DNA of 64,000 nucleotides, taken from the NCBI GenBank assembly GCA_016713825.1, contig JADJOJ010000003.1:228733-292732 (forward strand). Direction: 5' to 3'. The stretch comes from Candidatus Leptofilum gracile (GTDB taxonomy: Bacteria > Chloroflexota > Anaerolineae > Promineifilales > Promineifilaceae). The stretch's first letter is position 1; every line of letters begins with the position of its first letter. Below, piece after piece: positions 1 through 10,338 of the stretch. Both the position numbers and the translations under genes were made by a program. The notes beneath the pieces are model-generated. The model worked only from the letters and a program-made list of their open reading frames with translations. It was not told where the DNA came from and searched no databases.

Positions 1-185
1 ACATTAGCCTGACCGACAACGGCCGTTCCCTCGTGGCCACCTACATGCATGATCATCTCGACACGGTGGGGCAATGCTTTAGCGCCCTCTCGCCAGAGGA
101 GCAGGAGACGTTGTTCAACCTGCTGCAAAAATTGGGGGCGCATGTAACGGCCGTTCGTCAGCAGTCGGTAATCGGTAATCAGTAA
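1..185 (+). CDS. MarR-family transcriptional regulator, C-terminal fragment (5' end outside window)
   Basis: Frame 3 reads ISLTDNGRSLVATYMHDHLDTVGQCFSALSPEEQETLFNLLQKLGAHVTAVRQQSVIGNQ*, with stop TAA at 183-185. The LT..GR.L wing followed by a C-terminal helix is a MarR-like pattern. It lies directly upstream of an ABC exporter pair. It is absent from the ORF track because it is partial. Confidence 0.4.
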   Translation, partial: ISLTDNGRSLVATYMHDHLDTVGQCFSALSPEEQETLFNLLQKLGAHVTAVRQQSVIGNQ

Positions 186-214
186 TCAGTGGTCAGTAAT
201 CAGTGGTCAGTCTG
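166..214. repeat. Seven tandem 7-nt units (CGGTAAT CGGTAAT CAGTAAT CAGTGGT CAGTAAT CAGTGGT CAGTCTG)
   Basis: Direct reading of the sequence. A partial complement, CACTGATTACTG, lies at 242-253. The repeat overlaps the stop codon of the upstream MarR-like fragment. Confidence 0.9.
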
Positions 215-273
215 ATTTTTACCGAATAGTGACTCGCTGGACACTGATTACTGAAATTTAGGAGACAACAATT

Positions 274-2520
274 ATGCTTCGAATAAGAAGGTACCTGAAC
301 CCGTACATGTTCATGTTTACGGTGGCTGTGATCTTGTTGTTCATCCAGGCCAATTTGGACCTGGCGTTGCCCGACTACTTGTCGCGGATTGTGAACACGG
401 GCATTCAGCAAAGCGGCGTCGAAAGCCCCGTGCCGGAGGCGATGCGCCAGGAGACGCTAAACCATCTGGCCCTCTTTTTGAGCGATGCAGATGAAACGGC
501 CGTACGCAGCGCCTACACCCTCATCGACCCCAATACCCTGGCGGCAGACCCGTACGAAGAAACGTACCCACTGCTGCAAGAGCAAGCGATTTACGTGCGC
601 CAGGACCTCACAGACGAGGAAATTGACGCACTCAAAGAGCCGATGTCCCAGGCGCTGCTGGTGGTTTCTGCTTTGCAGCGGGCGATGGATGACCCCGAGG
701 CGGCGGCCCAAATGGGCGGTGGCGGTGGGGCGTTCGATCTGTCGCGGCTGCCTGCCGGGGCCGACCTGTTTGCCCTGATTGGCAACCTGCCGGCAACGCA
801 GCGAGACCAGATTGCCAGCACCATTAATGAGCAATTTTCTGCTTTGGGCGCGTCGATGATTGAGCAAACGGCCGTTATTCAAGTAAAAGCGGAATACGAA
901 GCGCTGGGCGTGGACGTGGCTGCTTTGCAAAATAGCTACATTTTGCGCATTGGGGCGCTCATGCTGGGCATCACCCTGCTTTCCGCCGTCGCCACCATCA
1001 CCGTGGGCTACCTCTCGGCCAAAATTGCCGCTGGCATTGGCCGCGACCTGCGCAGCGACATTTTCCGCAAGGTAGAAAGCTTCTCCAGTGCCGAATTTGA
1101 AAAATTCCCCACGGCGTCGCTCATCACCCGCTCTACCAACGACATTACCCAGCTGCAAATGGTGACCATGTTCATGGTGCGCCTCGTTTTCTACGCGCCG
1201 ATTATGGGCATTGGCGGAACAATCCGGGCCATCGGCAAAGGCTCCTCCATGTGGTGGACCATCGCCGTGGCGGTGATTGTGCTGGTCGGCGTAATTGCCG
1301 TGGTCATCTCCATCGCCATGCCCCGCTTCCAGGTGGTGCAAAAGCTCATCGACCGCATCAACCTGGTCGCCCGCGAGCATCTCTCTGGCATGATGGTGAT
1401 TCGCGCCTTCAATATGCAAGGCTTCGAGGAAAAACGGTTCGACAAGGCCAACATGGACCTGACAGACAACACCCTCTTCATCGCCCGTATCACGGCGATT
1501 ATGATGCCGGTTATGATGTTGATTCTCAACGTCTTGTCTGTGGTGATCATTTGGGTGGGGGCGCAGCAAGTGGCGGATGCCAACATGCAGGTGGGCGATG
1601 TGATGGCCTTCTTGCAGTATGCCATGCAGATCGTTTTCTCGTTCCTGATGCTTTCTATGCTGTTCATCATCCTGCCCCGCGCCCAGGTTTCGGCGGAGCG
1701 TATTGCCGATGTGCTGGAGACGGAACCGATTATTCTCGATCCGGCCAATCCGCAGCGGCTGAACGGGTCGTTTACCGGCACGGTGGAGTTCCGCAACGTT
1801 TCCTTCCGTTACCCTGGGGCGGATGCCGATGTTCTGCACAACCTTAACTTTGTGGCCAGGCCAGGCGAAACGACGGCGTTTATTGGGTCTACCGGGTCGG
1901 GTAAATCGACGGTGGTGAACCTGATTCCGCGCTTTTTTGATGTGTCGGAAGGGCAGGTATTGCTAGACGACGTAGATATTCGCGACGTGACGCAGCATGA
2001 TTTGCGCGAGAAGATTGGCTATGTGCCGCAGAAGGGGGTGCTGTTCTCGGGCACTATCGAGAGCAACCTGCGCTATGCGGATGAATTTGCCAGCGTGGCG
2101 GAGTTGGAAACGGCCGTTACCATCGCCCAGGCCGCCAACTTTATAAAAAGCAAACCAGAAGGGTTGCTCACCGAAATTGCCCAGGGCGGTACCAATGTCT
2201 CTGGCGGGCAGCGGCAGCGGCTTTCCATTGCCCGCGCCCTGGTGCGCAAGCCACCCATCTACATCTTCGACGATTCGTTTTCGGCGCTAGACTTTAAAAC
2301 AGATGCCGCCTTACGCCGTGCCCTGTATGCCAACACAGAAGATAGCACCATCCTCATCGTCACCCAGCGCGTTTCCACAGTGAAAAATGCCGAGCAAATC
2401 ATCGTGCTGGATCAAGGTCGCATTGTGGGCAAAGGCACCCACGAAGAGCTAATGGAAAGCTGTGAAACATACCAGGAAATTGCCCTGTCGCAGCTCAGTA
2501 TGGAGGAACTCTCATCATGA
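274..2520 (+). CDS. ABC exporter, fused permease/ATPase subunit (heterodimer partner 1) with a large extracytoplasmic insert
   Basis: 748 aa. ATG 274 is preceded by AGGAGA (260-265). Walker A GSTGSGKST, signature VSGGQRQR, Walker B IYIFDDSFSALD. A ~190-aa hydrophilic insert lies between TM1 and TM2. Confidence 0.9.
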   Translation: MLRIRRYLNPYMFMFTVAVILLFIQANLDLALPDYLSRIVNTGIQQSGVESPVPEAMRQETLNHLALFLSDADETAVRSAYTLIDPNTLAADPYEETYPLLQEQAIYVRQDLTDEEIDALKEPMSQALLVVSALQRAMDDPEAAAQMGGGGGAFDLSRLPAGADLFALIGNLPATQRDQIASTINEQFSALGASMIEQTAVIQVKAEYEALGVDVAALQNSYILRIGALMLGITLLSAVATITVGYLSAKIAAGIGRDLRSDIFRKVESFSSAEFEKFPTASLITRSTNDITQLQMVTMFMVRLVFYAPIMGIGGTIRAIGKGSSMWWTIAVAVIVLVGVIAVVISIAMPRFQVVQKLIDRINLVAREHLSGMMVIRAFNMQGFEEKRFDKANMDLTDNTLFIARITAIMMPVMMLILNVLSVVIIWVGAQQVADANMQVGDVMAFLQYAMQIVFSFLMLSMLFIILPRAQVSAERIADVLETEPIILDPANPQRLNGSFTGTVEFRNVSFRYPGADADVLHNLNFVARPGETTAFIGSTGSGKSTVVNLIPRFFDVSEGQVLLDDVDIRDVTQHDLREKIGYVPQKGVLFSGTIESNLRYADEFASVAELETAVTIAQAANFIKSKPEGLLTEIAQGGTNVSGGQRQRLSIARALVRKPPIYIFDDSFSALDFKTDAALRRALYANTEDSTILIVTQRVSTVKNAEQIIVLDQGRIVGKGTHEELMESCETYQEIALSQLSMEELSS

Positions 2521-4397
2521 TGATGCACGGAGGACGCGGTGGTGGGCCTGCCCAGGCCCTGCACAAAGGTGACACCGCCCAAAACTTTAAAAAGACCATG
2601 CGTAAGCTGGCTGCCTACCTGGCCGCTTACAAGGTCAAGCTCATTATCGTAGCAATTTTTGCCATTGCTTCGACCGTTTTTAACATTGTTGGCCCCAAAG
2701 TGCTGGGCAATGCCACCACTCGGTTGTTTGAAGGGGTGATGGCCGAGATTGCCGGAACTGGTTCGATCGATTTTGACACTATCGGCCGTATCCTGTTTAT
2801 CATGCTCATTTTGTACATCTTGTCGGCTTTGTTTGCTTACTTCATGGGCTGGATTATGGCGGGTGTCTCTACAGATATTTCTTACCGCTTCCGGCAAGAG
2901 ATTGCCGCCAAAATCAACAGAATGCCGCTGAGCTACTTCGATCGCAATACGCAGGGTGAGGTGCTGTCGCGCATCACCAACGATGTAGACACGGTGAACC
3001 AGACGCTCAGCCAAAGCCTGACGCAAATCATCACTTCTACCATCACCGTGGTTGGGGTGCTGGTGATGATGCTTTCTATCAGCTGGCTTATGACGTTGGT
3101 CTCGCTCATTGTCATTCCCATGACGCTGGGCGTGGTTGCGGTGATTGTGAAGCGCTCGCAGGTGTACTTTAAGGAGCAGCAAGATTATTTGGGGCACGTG
3201 AATGGCCATGTGGAAGAGATGTTTGGTGGCCACCGGGTGATGAAAGCGTTTAATGGCGAGGAACGGAGTATTGAAAAGTTTGAGGGATTCAACCGCACGC
3301 TGTACGATGTGGCCTGGAAATCCCAGTTCCTCTCTGGCATGATGATGCCGATTATGAGCTTTATTGGCAATTTGGGTTACGTGGCGGTTGTGGTGGTTGG
3401 CGGTTACCTGACAGTGCGCAATACGATTACGGTAGGCGATATTCAGGCGTTTATCCAGTACGTACGTAACTTTAACATGCCGCTGACGCAAATGGCCAAC
3501 ATCTCCAACGTGTTGCAGCAAACGGCCGCTGCCGCCGAACGCGTGTTTGAGTTCCTGGAAGAGTCGGAAGAAGTGCAAGAAACGGTGGATCCGGTGGAGC
3601 TGGATACGATCGAAGGGCATGTGGAATTCCGCAATGTGCGCTTTGGTTATAACCCGGAAGAGCCGGTTATTATCAATCTGTCTGGGGTGGCCCAGCCGGG
3701 CCAGAAGGTGGCCATCGTGGGGCCAACTGGGGCGGGCAAGACCACCATCGTGAAGCTGCTGATGCGGTTTTATGATGTGGATGGTGGCGCGATTCTGGTG
3801 GATGGGCACGACATTCGCAGCTTCCGGCGGCAGGATTTGCGGCGCTGGTTTGGCATGGTGCTGCAAGATACCTGGCTGTACAACGATACGATCATGGAGA
3901 ATATCCGGTACGGCCGTCCCGATGCTACCGACGCAGAAGTGGAAGCTGCGGCTCAGGCCGCCCACGTGGACCATTTTGTCCACACCCTGCCAGAGGGTTA
4001 CCAGTTGGTGATCAACGAAGAGACAACCAACATCTCGCAGGGGCAGATGCAGCTGCTAACCATCGCCCGGGCCGTGCTGGCCGATCCCAAGATTCTAATT
4101 TTGGACGAGGCAACCAGCTCGGTGGATACGCGCACAGAGGTGCTGATCCAAAAGGCGATGGACCAGCTAATGGTGGGGCGCACCAGCTTTATCATTGCTC
4201 ATCGGCTTTCTACCATTCGCAATGCGGACCTGATTTTGGTAATGCGCGATGGCGACATTGTGGAGCAGGGTACGCATGAGGAGCTGCTGAAGCGCGGCGA
4301 CTTTTACGCGGAGCTGTACAACAGCCAGTTTGAACGGCCAGAAGAGTTGGAAACGGCCGTTCCCTTCACCGACCCCGTGCCCATGCCCGCAGATTAA
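2517..4397 (+). CDS. ABC exporter, fused permease/ATPase subunit (heterodimer partner 2)
   Basis: 626 aa. The start overlaps the upstream stop (ATGA 2517-2520). Walker A GPTGAGKTT, degenerate signature ISQGQMQL, Walker B ILILDEATS, H-loop IAHRLS. Confidence 0.9.
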   Translation: MMMHGGRGGGPAQALHKGDTAQNFKKTMRKLAAYLAAYKVKLIIVAIFAIASTVFNIVGPKVLGNATTRLFEGVMAEIAGTGSIDFDTIGRILFIMLILYILSALFAYFMGWIMAGVSTDISYRFRQEIAAKINRMPLSYFDRNTQGEVLSRITNDVDTVNQTLSQSLTQIITSTITVVGVLVMMLSISWLMTLVSLIVIPMTLGVVAVIVKRSQVYFKEQQDYLGHVNGHVEEMFGGHRVMKAFNGEERSIEKFEGFNRTLYDVAWKSQFLSGMMMPIMSFIGNLGYVAVVVVGGYLTVRNTITVGDIQAFIQYVRNFNMPLTQMANISNVLQQTAAAAERVFEFLEESEEVQETVDPVELDTIEGHVEFRNVRFGYNPEEPVIINLSGVAQPGQKVAIVGPTGAGKTTIVKLLMRFYDVDGGAILVDGHDIRSFRRQDLRRWFGMVLQDTWLYNDTIMENIRYGRPDATDAEVEAAAQAAHVDHFVHTLPEGYQLVINEETTNISQGQMQLLTIARAVLADPKILILDEATSSVDTRTEVLIQKAMDQLMVGRTSFIIAHRLSTIRNADLILVMRDGDIVEQGTHEELLKRGDFYAELYNSQFERPEELETAVPFTDPVPMPAD

Positions 4398-4581
4398 TTT
4401 GCGGCGCTGGCCTAACAGGCAAACGTGAAAAAAGCCTGCCGGAAATCATCCGGCAGGCTTTTTGTTTTTACGGATGCATAAAAATTGGGGCTCTTTGGGA
4501 ATTTATGGGGTTGACAGCCCGTGAAACGTAAAACGTGATGCGTGACCAGGGGGGCGGGCCCCAAAAAAAATCGCCGAAAAA

Positions 4582-5805
<1,224 letters not shown>

Positions 5806-5875
5806 AGAGGTGAATCACGTTTTACGTTTCACGTTTCAGGCAAAACCCCACGAGCTCCGAAAGACCCAAAATTGG

Positions 5876-6373
5876 TTAGTCCAGGTGCGCCCGCAGCATC
5901 CAGGCCATTTCGTCATGGCTGCCCATGGTGCTGGTGAGTAAATCGGCCGTACCTTCGTCGCCAAATTCTTCTGTACAGGCGTCAATATCTTTGCGCAGGG
6001 TGCTGATGATCTGCTCGTGGTCGTCCAGCAAGTTGGCGATCATATCTTTGGCTGCGGGAACGGTGCCTGGGTTTTCTGAAAGGCGGCTTTCCTGGCTGAA
6101 TTCAGCCATCGTGCCGATAGGGGTGCCGCCCAATTGACGGGTCCGCTCGGCAATGGCGTCGGCCATGACCTGAAGGCGGTTGTAATGTTCCTCAAAAAAC
6201 GCATGGAGCGAGGCAAAATGAATGCCCGTAACGTTCCAATGGTAGTTGCGCGTTTTGGTGTAGAGCAGATGCTCGTCTGCCAACAGCGTGTTCAATCTTT
6301 CAATTATCCCGGCGCGGGCTTCGATGGTTAAACCCGTGTGTGCTTTTTCTAAAGTTTTGGTAATGGTATGCAT
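5876..6373 (-). CDS. dps: Dps-family DNA-protecting ferritin-like protein
   Basis: 165 aa, starting at ATG. The segment LLADEHLLYTKTRNYHWNVTGIHFASLHAFFEEHYNRL...DAIAERTRQLGG is typical of the Dps ferroxidase-helix region. Confidence 0.9.
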   Translation of the reverse strand: MHTITKTLEKAHTGLTIEARAGIIERLNTLLADEHLLYTKTRNYHWNVTGIHFASLHAFFEEHYNRLQVMADAIAERTRQLGGTPIGTMAEFSQESRLSENPGTVPAAKDMIANLLDDHEQIISTLRKDIDACTEEFGDEGTADLLTSTMGSHDEMAWMLRAHLD

Positions 6374-6391
6374 GTTTATTCCTTCGTAAAT

Positions 6392-6549
6392 GTGGGTCGG
6401 ATTGGTTGTAGTTTAAGTAAATAATCGCGTAACGCTGTGGCCGGTCTCCTGACCGCGCCACAGCACATTACCTGATTTATTTTTTTATTCACAAAGCAAT
6501 CCGACCCACGGTTTTCATTTGTGGTGGTGTGTCAATTCATGAAATCTCT
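6392..6549. repeat. Dispersed intergenic element, copy A (promoter/leader module plus hairpin module)
   Basis: 6405-6496 matches the reverse complement of 41168-41273 with few mismatches. 6497-6549 matches 23935-23992. Internal inverted repeat GTGGGTCGGATTG (6392-6404) / CAATCCGACCCAC (6497-6509). Confidence 0.85.
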
Positions 6550-6586
6550 TTGTTCGTTTGAATGAAATGAATGATGGGGTGTAAAT

Positions 6587-6904
6587 TTAGGAATTGGCGC
6601 TGCCTTGGCGAGCGTAGAAGTAGGTGAGGATGACGAGGCAGGCGGCAACGGCCGTTCCCCCCATCAGCCAACCCCTGTTACGCACCAGCCAGCTGTTGCC
6701 ATAGGTAGCCTGAAGATGCCCAATAACCTGGTCTTTTTTGCCAGCAACCTGCGCCGCCCTGTCGTGGGTTAGATTGCCCCATTTTTCCTGCGCGACACCT
6801 TTGGCCTGTGTGAACAAACCATCGGCAACGACCTGCTTTTCAGCCAATCTGTCTTGCAGTTTTTCTTTGTTTTTTTCTACAGTTGTTTCCAAATTTGTTG
6901 TCAT
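6587..6904 (-). CDS. CsbD-like general stress protein with C-terminal membrane anchor
   Basis: 105 aa. GVAQEKWGNLTHDRAAQVAGKKDQVIGHLQATYG is a CsbD-like motif. The C-terminus has a hydrophobic segment, LMGGTAVAACLVILTYFY. Confidence 0.7.
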   Translation of the reverse strand: MTTNLETTVEKNKEKLQDRLAEKQVVADGLFTQAKGVAQEKWGNLTHDRAAQVAGKKDQVIGHLQATYGNSWLVRNRGWLMGGTAVAACLVILTYFYARQGSANS

Positions 6905-6949
6905 TTTTATCTCCTGATGCTGGGTAGGTGGGGTGGGGCGGCTTGTCCG

Positions 6950-7405
6950 CTAGGCATGGGCCAATTCGGCAAAGATAGCCTGCCGCATTTGCCAACTTGG
7001 CTGCACTGTTTTCGGTTCGGGCTGGCGGTTGTGCAGGTTGGGTAGGCCCTTTTGGGCCGACAAATCAATAAAAATGTCCAGTTGGCCCAAGGTGGAAACA
7101 ACGGCATCCACCAACGAATTCACGGGATTGGCATACGCATCTGGCGCGGGAAGAAGCGCTTTTTCTGTGAGAAGCAGAAAGCGCTGACCCAGCGACTCCA
7201 CCTGAGCCTGAATGCGGCGCACGGCTTCTGCCGATAGCTGACGGCAAAAGAGGGCAATGTCGGCCCCTTTTTGGGCCAGTTGGATGATGAGGGTTTGAAG
7301 AACGGCCGTATCATTTCCAATTACCAGCACGACTTTGCCAATCAGCTGGTTGCGGTATGGAGCCTGTCTGGGTAGATGGATGCTTTGTGCGTTGGTTTGG
7401 TTCAT
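6950..7405 (-). CDS. Hypothetical protein, truncated SDR/Rossmann-like
   Basis: 151 aa from ATG 7405 (GAGG lies upstream). GKVVLVIGNDTAVLQTLIIQLAQKGADIAL resembles an SDR beta1-alphaA region, but the glycine motif is degenerate and no YxxxK catalytic motif is present. Confidence 0.45.
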   Translation of the reverse strand: MNQTNAQSIHLPRQAPYRNQLIGKVVLVIGNDTAVLQTLIIQLAQKGADIALFCRQLSAEAVRRIQAQVESLGQRFLLLTEKALLPAPDAYANPVNSLVDAVVSTLGQLDIFIDLSAQKGLPNLHNRQPEPKTVQPSWQMRQAIFAELAHA

Positions 7406-7677
7406 CTGCTTAACCTCGTAAACTATCTTGGCCTTTCGCCTTATCAAATAACGTAACGCTTCATATTTTATGGGCTGGCAGGGAACCTGCTAATGTATCC
7501 CGGCAGGCATGAGGGATATGGATAAAGATATATTCTTGTCAGTAAATAAAAAATGGAACATAGCGTCCCCAACTGGCCCAGGGGCAACGCTTGCCAACCA
7601 GCTGGTTGCCCCTGCATTCTTTTTCTTGCGGTATACTGGGCCCGACTTACGAGCCTGACAGCAAGAAAAAGAGAACA

Positions 7678-10338
7678 ATGGCTAAACAAAAACCTTCCAA
7701 ACCCGCAGCGATTTCCGCACAGCAGCAGCTGGCTCTGGGGCAAACCCTGTTCCTGGCGTTGGAAACGGCCGTATCCGCCGAATCTGCCTTTACCCATACC
7801 CTGGAACAAATTGGCCGCCAGCTGGCCTGGCCCCTGGCACACGCCTACCGCTGGTCTGAAGCCCAGCAGCAGTTTGTTTCCAGCAAAATCTGGTACCAGG
7901 CCAACGAGGGCCACTGGGCAGCCTTCCGGGCGCAAACCGAGGCGCGGCCGCTTACCCGACACACCATTCCTGGCCCGCTGCGCACCACCGGGGAGCCGCT
8001 GCTGCTGGCCAACATGGCCCAGGCAGCCCACTTTGCCCCCCGCCAGCCCGCCCTGGCTGAAGGGCTCACTGGCTACCTCGCCTTGCCCGTGAAGGTAGAT
8101 GGGGCGGTAACGGCCGTACTCGAATTTTTCTTGCCCACCCCCGCCGACCTGCCCCCCAAAACCTTGGTCACCCTCACCCACCTGTGCCAGCTGTTGGCCG
8201 CCACCCTGCAGCGGCAGCAAACCCAGCACCGCCTGCAAAAAAGCCAGGCCCAGCTGGCCGAAGCCCAACGCCTGGCCCAGGTTGGCCATTGGGAATGGTC
8301 CCTCGCCAGCGGCGAGATCATCTGGTCGGCCGAGATGTACCGCATTTTTGGCCTGAACCCTGCCACATTCACCGCCCAATACCAAACCCTACTCGAATTT
8401 GTGCATCCCGACGACCAGGCGTACGTGCGCAGCAAAGTTGCGCTGGCCCAACAAACCGGCCAGCCGTTCGATTACTTCCACCGCATCATCCGCCCCGACG
8501 GGGCCGAGCGAGTGCTGCATGCACGCGGGCAGGCCCAACATGACCCATCTGGCCGCCTGACCCGGCTGTATGGCACCGTGCAAGATATGACCCACCAAAA
8601 AGAGGCCGAACTAAAGCTGGCCCAAACAGTGCGCCAGCTTACAGCGATGATGGAAATTGGCCAGGCGGTCACCAGCACATTGGATTTAAACCAACTGTAC
8701 GATAAGGTGTTGGCTTTGGTACGGCCGTTAATCAACGCCAAAGCCCTGCTCCTCTTTTTGCACAACGAAGGCACGCTTAACGAGGTGGCACGCCAGCAAG
8801 AAGGCCACGCCCCCCAGCCAGCCATCAGCCTGCCTTTGCCAGCCGGCCAGGCTGGCATTGAAGGCGAGGTATGGCACAGCCGCCAGTCGCTTTTGCTGCA
8901 AGAAAAAGCGTGCCAGCAGCGCCTGCTGCCCCACCACCAGCAGCGCCTCGGCTTTCAGCCCAAATCAATGGCCCTGGTGCCCATCCTCCTCTCCCAAGAA
9001 ACCCTCGGCGTGCTAGAAGCCGCCCATCCCCACCCAGATGCCTTTGATGCGCAAGATTTGCGCCTGCTAGAGATTGCCACCGCCTGGACCGCCATCGCCA
9101 TTGGCAACGCCCGGCAGTATGCCCAGCTCCAGCGCCGCCTCAGCGAAAGCAGCGCCATCGCCGATGTAAGCAACGCCATGACGGAAACGCTGGAGCTAGA
9201 ATCTCTGCTTCAGCTCATTGTGGAACGCACGTACCACATCGTGCCCCATGCCGAATGGTCTACCATTCATCTCTACCAGGCGCAGGGCAATTTGCTAGAA
9301 CTGGCCGCCAGCGCTGGCCGCGACGTGGATCCAGCGGCGTATACCATCAAGCTGGGCGAAGGCATTACCGGGCATGTGATGGCCGAAGGCGGCCTGGTCA
9401 ACGTGCCCGATGTGCAGGTAGATCCGCGCCGATTGGCCATTAACCGCACCATGAACGTGCGCGCCATGCTGGTGGTGCCGGTAGAAAGTCGGCGGCGGCG
9501 CATTGGCACCATCAGCGTGCAAAGTACCACCCCCGCCATCTTCACCGCCGACGACGAGCGCCTGCTGACCGTGCTGGGGGTGCAGGCGGGCATCGCCCTG
9601 GAAAATGCCCGCCTCTACCGCTCGCAGCAGCGGGCGCGCCGCCTGGCGGAACAGCAGCGGCACCGCATGCAGCAGCTGGCCCGGCGCGTGGTAGAAGCGC
9701 AAGAGTCAGAACGTCAGCGCATTGCTCGTGAGCTTCATGATGAATCGGGGCAGGCGCTCACCTCGCTCAAAATTAGCCTGGACATGATCCGCGCCACCGT
9801 GCCCGCAGAGCTAGAGAGCGTGCGTCAGGGGTTGCAGGATGTGCTGGATTTGACGGATCGCACCATGAGCAATTTGCGATTGCTGTCGCACAATCTGCGC
9901 CCGCCGGGCCTGGATAGCTACGGGCTGAATGCGGCGCTGGAGGGGCTGTGCCACGATTTTAGCCTGCATGCGCCGCTAAAAGTGACCTATGCTGGCCAGG
10001 ATTTGCCGGGGCTAAAGGAGCTGCCGGCGCTGTCGCTGTACCGGTTTGCTCAGGAAGCGCTGACCAATGCGGCCAAGCATGCCGAGGCGTCGGCTATTGA
10101 GGTGACGCTGGCGTGTGATTCAGATATGATTTCGCTGACGGTGCAGGACAATGGCCAAGGGTTCCTTCCGCCAGATTTAGACAACACCGTCCCGGCGGAT
10201 GGTGCGGGCCTGGTTGGGATTGTGGAGCGGCTGGAAATGGTAGACGGCCGTTTAACCATCCACACCGCGCCAGGCCAGGGGGCCACACTGGTGGCCACCA
10301 TTCCCGCCCACACCAATACAAACAAGGAAGTGGCATGA
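7678..10338 (+). CDS. Sensor histidine kinase, GAF-PAS-GAF-GAF-HisKA_3-HATPase
   Basis: 886 aa from ATG 7678; the ORF-track start at 7591 is TTG. PAS segment HWEWSLASGEIIWSAEMYRIFG...HPDD. HisKA_3 H-box RIARELHDESGQALTSL. ATPase boxes EALTNAAKHA, DNGQGF and GAGLVGI. Confidence 0.85.
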   Translation: MAKQKPSKPAAISAQQQLALGQTLFLALETAVSAESAFTHTLEQIGRQLAWPLAHAYRWSEAQQQFVSSKIWYQANEGHWAAFRAQTEARPLTRHTIPGPLRTTGEPLLLANMAQAAHFAPRQPALAEGLTGYLALPVKVDGAVTAVLEFFLPTPADLPPKTLVTLTHLCQLLAATLQRQQTQHRLQKSQAQLAEAQRLAQVGHWEWSLASGEIIWSAEMYRIFGLNPATFTAQYQTLLEFVHPDDQAYVRSKVALAQQTGQPFDYFHRIIRPDGAERVLHARGQAQHDPSGRLTRLYGTVQDMTHQKEAELKLAQTVRQLTAMMEIGQAVTSTLDLNQLYDKVLALVRPLINAKALLLFLHNEGTLNEVARQQEGHAPQPAISLPLPAGQAGIEGEVWHSRQSLLLQEKACQQRLLPHHQQRLGFQPKSMALVPILLSQETLGVLEAAHPHPDAFDAQDLRLLEIATAWTAIAIGNARQYAQLQRRLSESSAIADVSNAMTETLELESLLQLIVERTYHIVPHAEWSTIHLYQAQGNLLELAASAGRDVDPAAYTIKLGEGITGHVMAEGGLVNVPDVQVDPRRLAINRTMNVRAMLVVPVESRRRRIGTISVQSTTPAIFTADDERLLTVLGVQAGIALENARLYRSQQRARRLAEQQRHRMQQLARRVVEAQESERQRIARELHDESGQALTSLKISLDMIRATVPAELESVRQGLQDVLDLTDRTMSNLRLLSHNLRPPGLDSYGLNAALEGLCHDFSLHAPLKVTYAGQDLPGLKELPALSLYRFAQEALTNAAKHAEASAIEVTLACDSDMISLTVQDNGQGFLPPDLDNTVPADGAGLVGIVERLEMVDGRLTIHTAPGQGATLVATIPAHTNTNKEVA

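Noticed and set aside
166-214. Possible CRISPR arrays: the tandem 7-8-nt repeats here, at 20267-20322, 28869-28936 and 47215-47310, and the 25-nt repeat pair at 55517-55577.
   Set aside because: The units are far too short and contiguous, with no spacers. The 25-mer has only two copies with an 11-nt spacer. There are no cas genes in the window.
457-3983. Long antisense ORFs (457-1839, 2412-3983) inside the ABC exporter genes. Similar shadow ORFs occur at 7468-8385, 20472-21377, 21482-22318, 31845-32981, 45009-45899, 47263-48246, 48505-49437 and 50252-50881.
   Set aside because: The opposite strand carries genes with unambiguous motifs. The shadow ORFs are Arg/Gly/His/Pro-rich with no motifs, which is typical of high-GC antisense frames.
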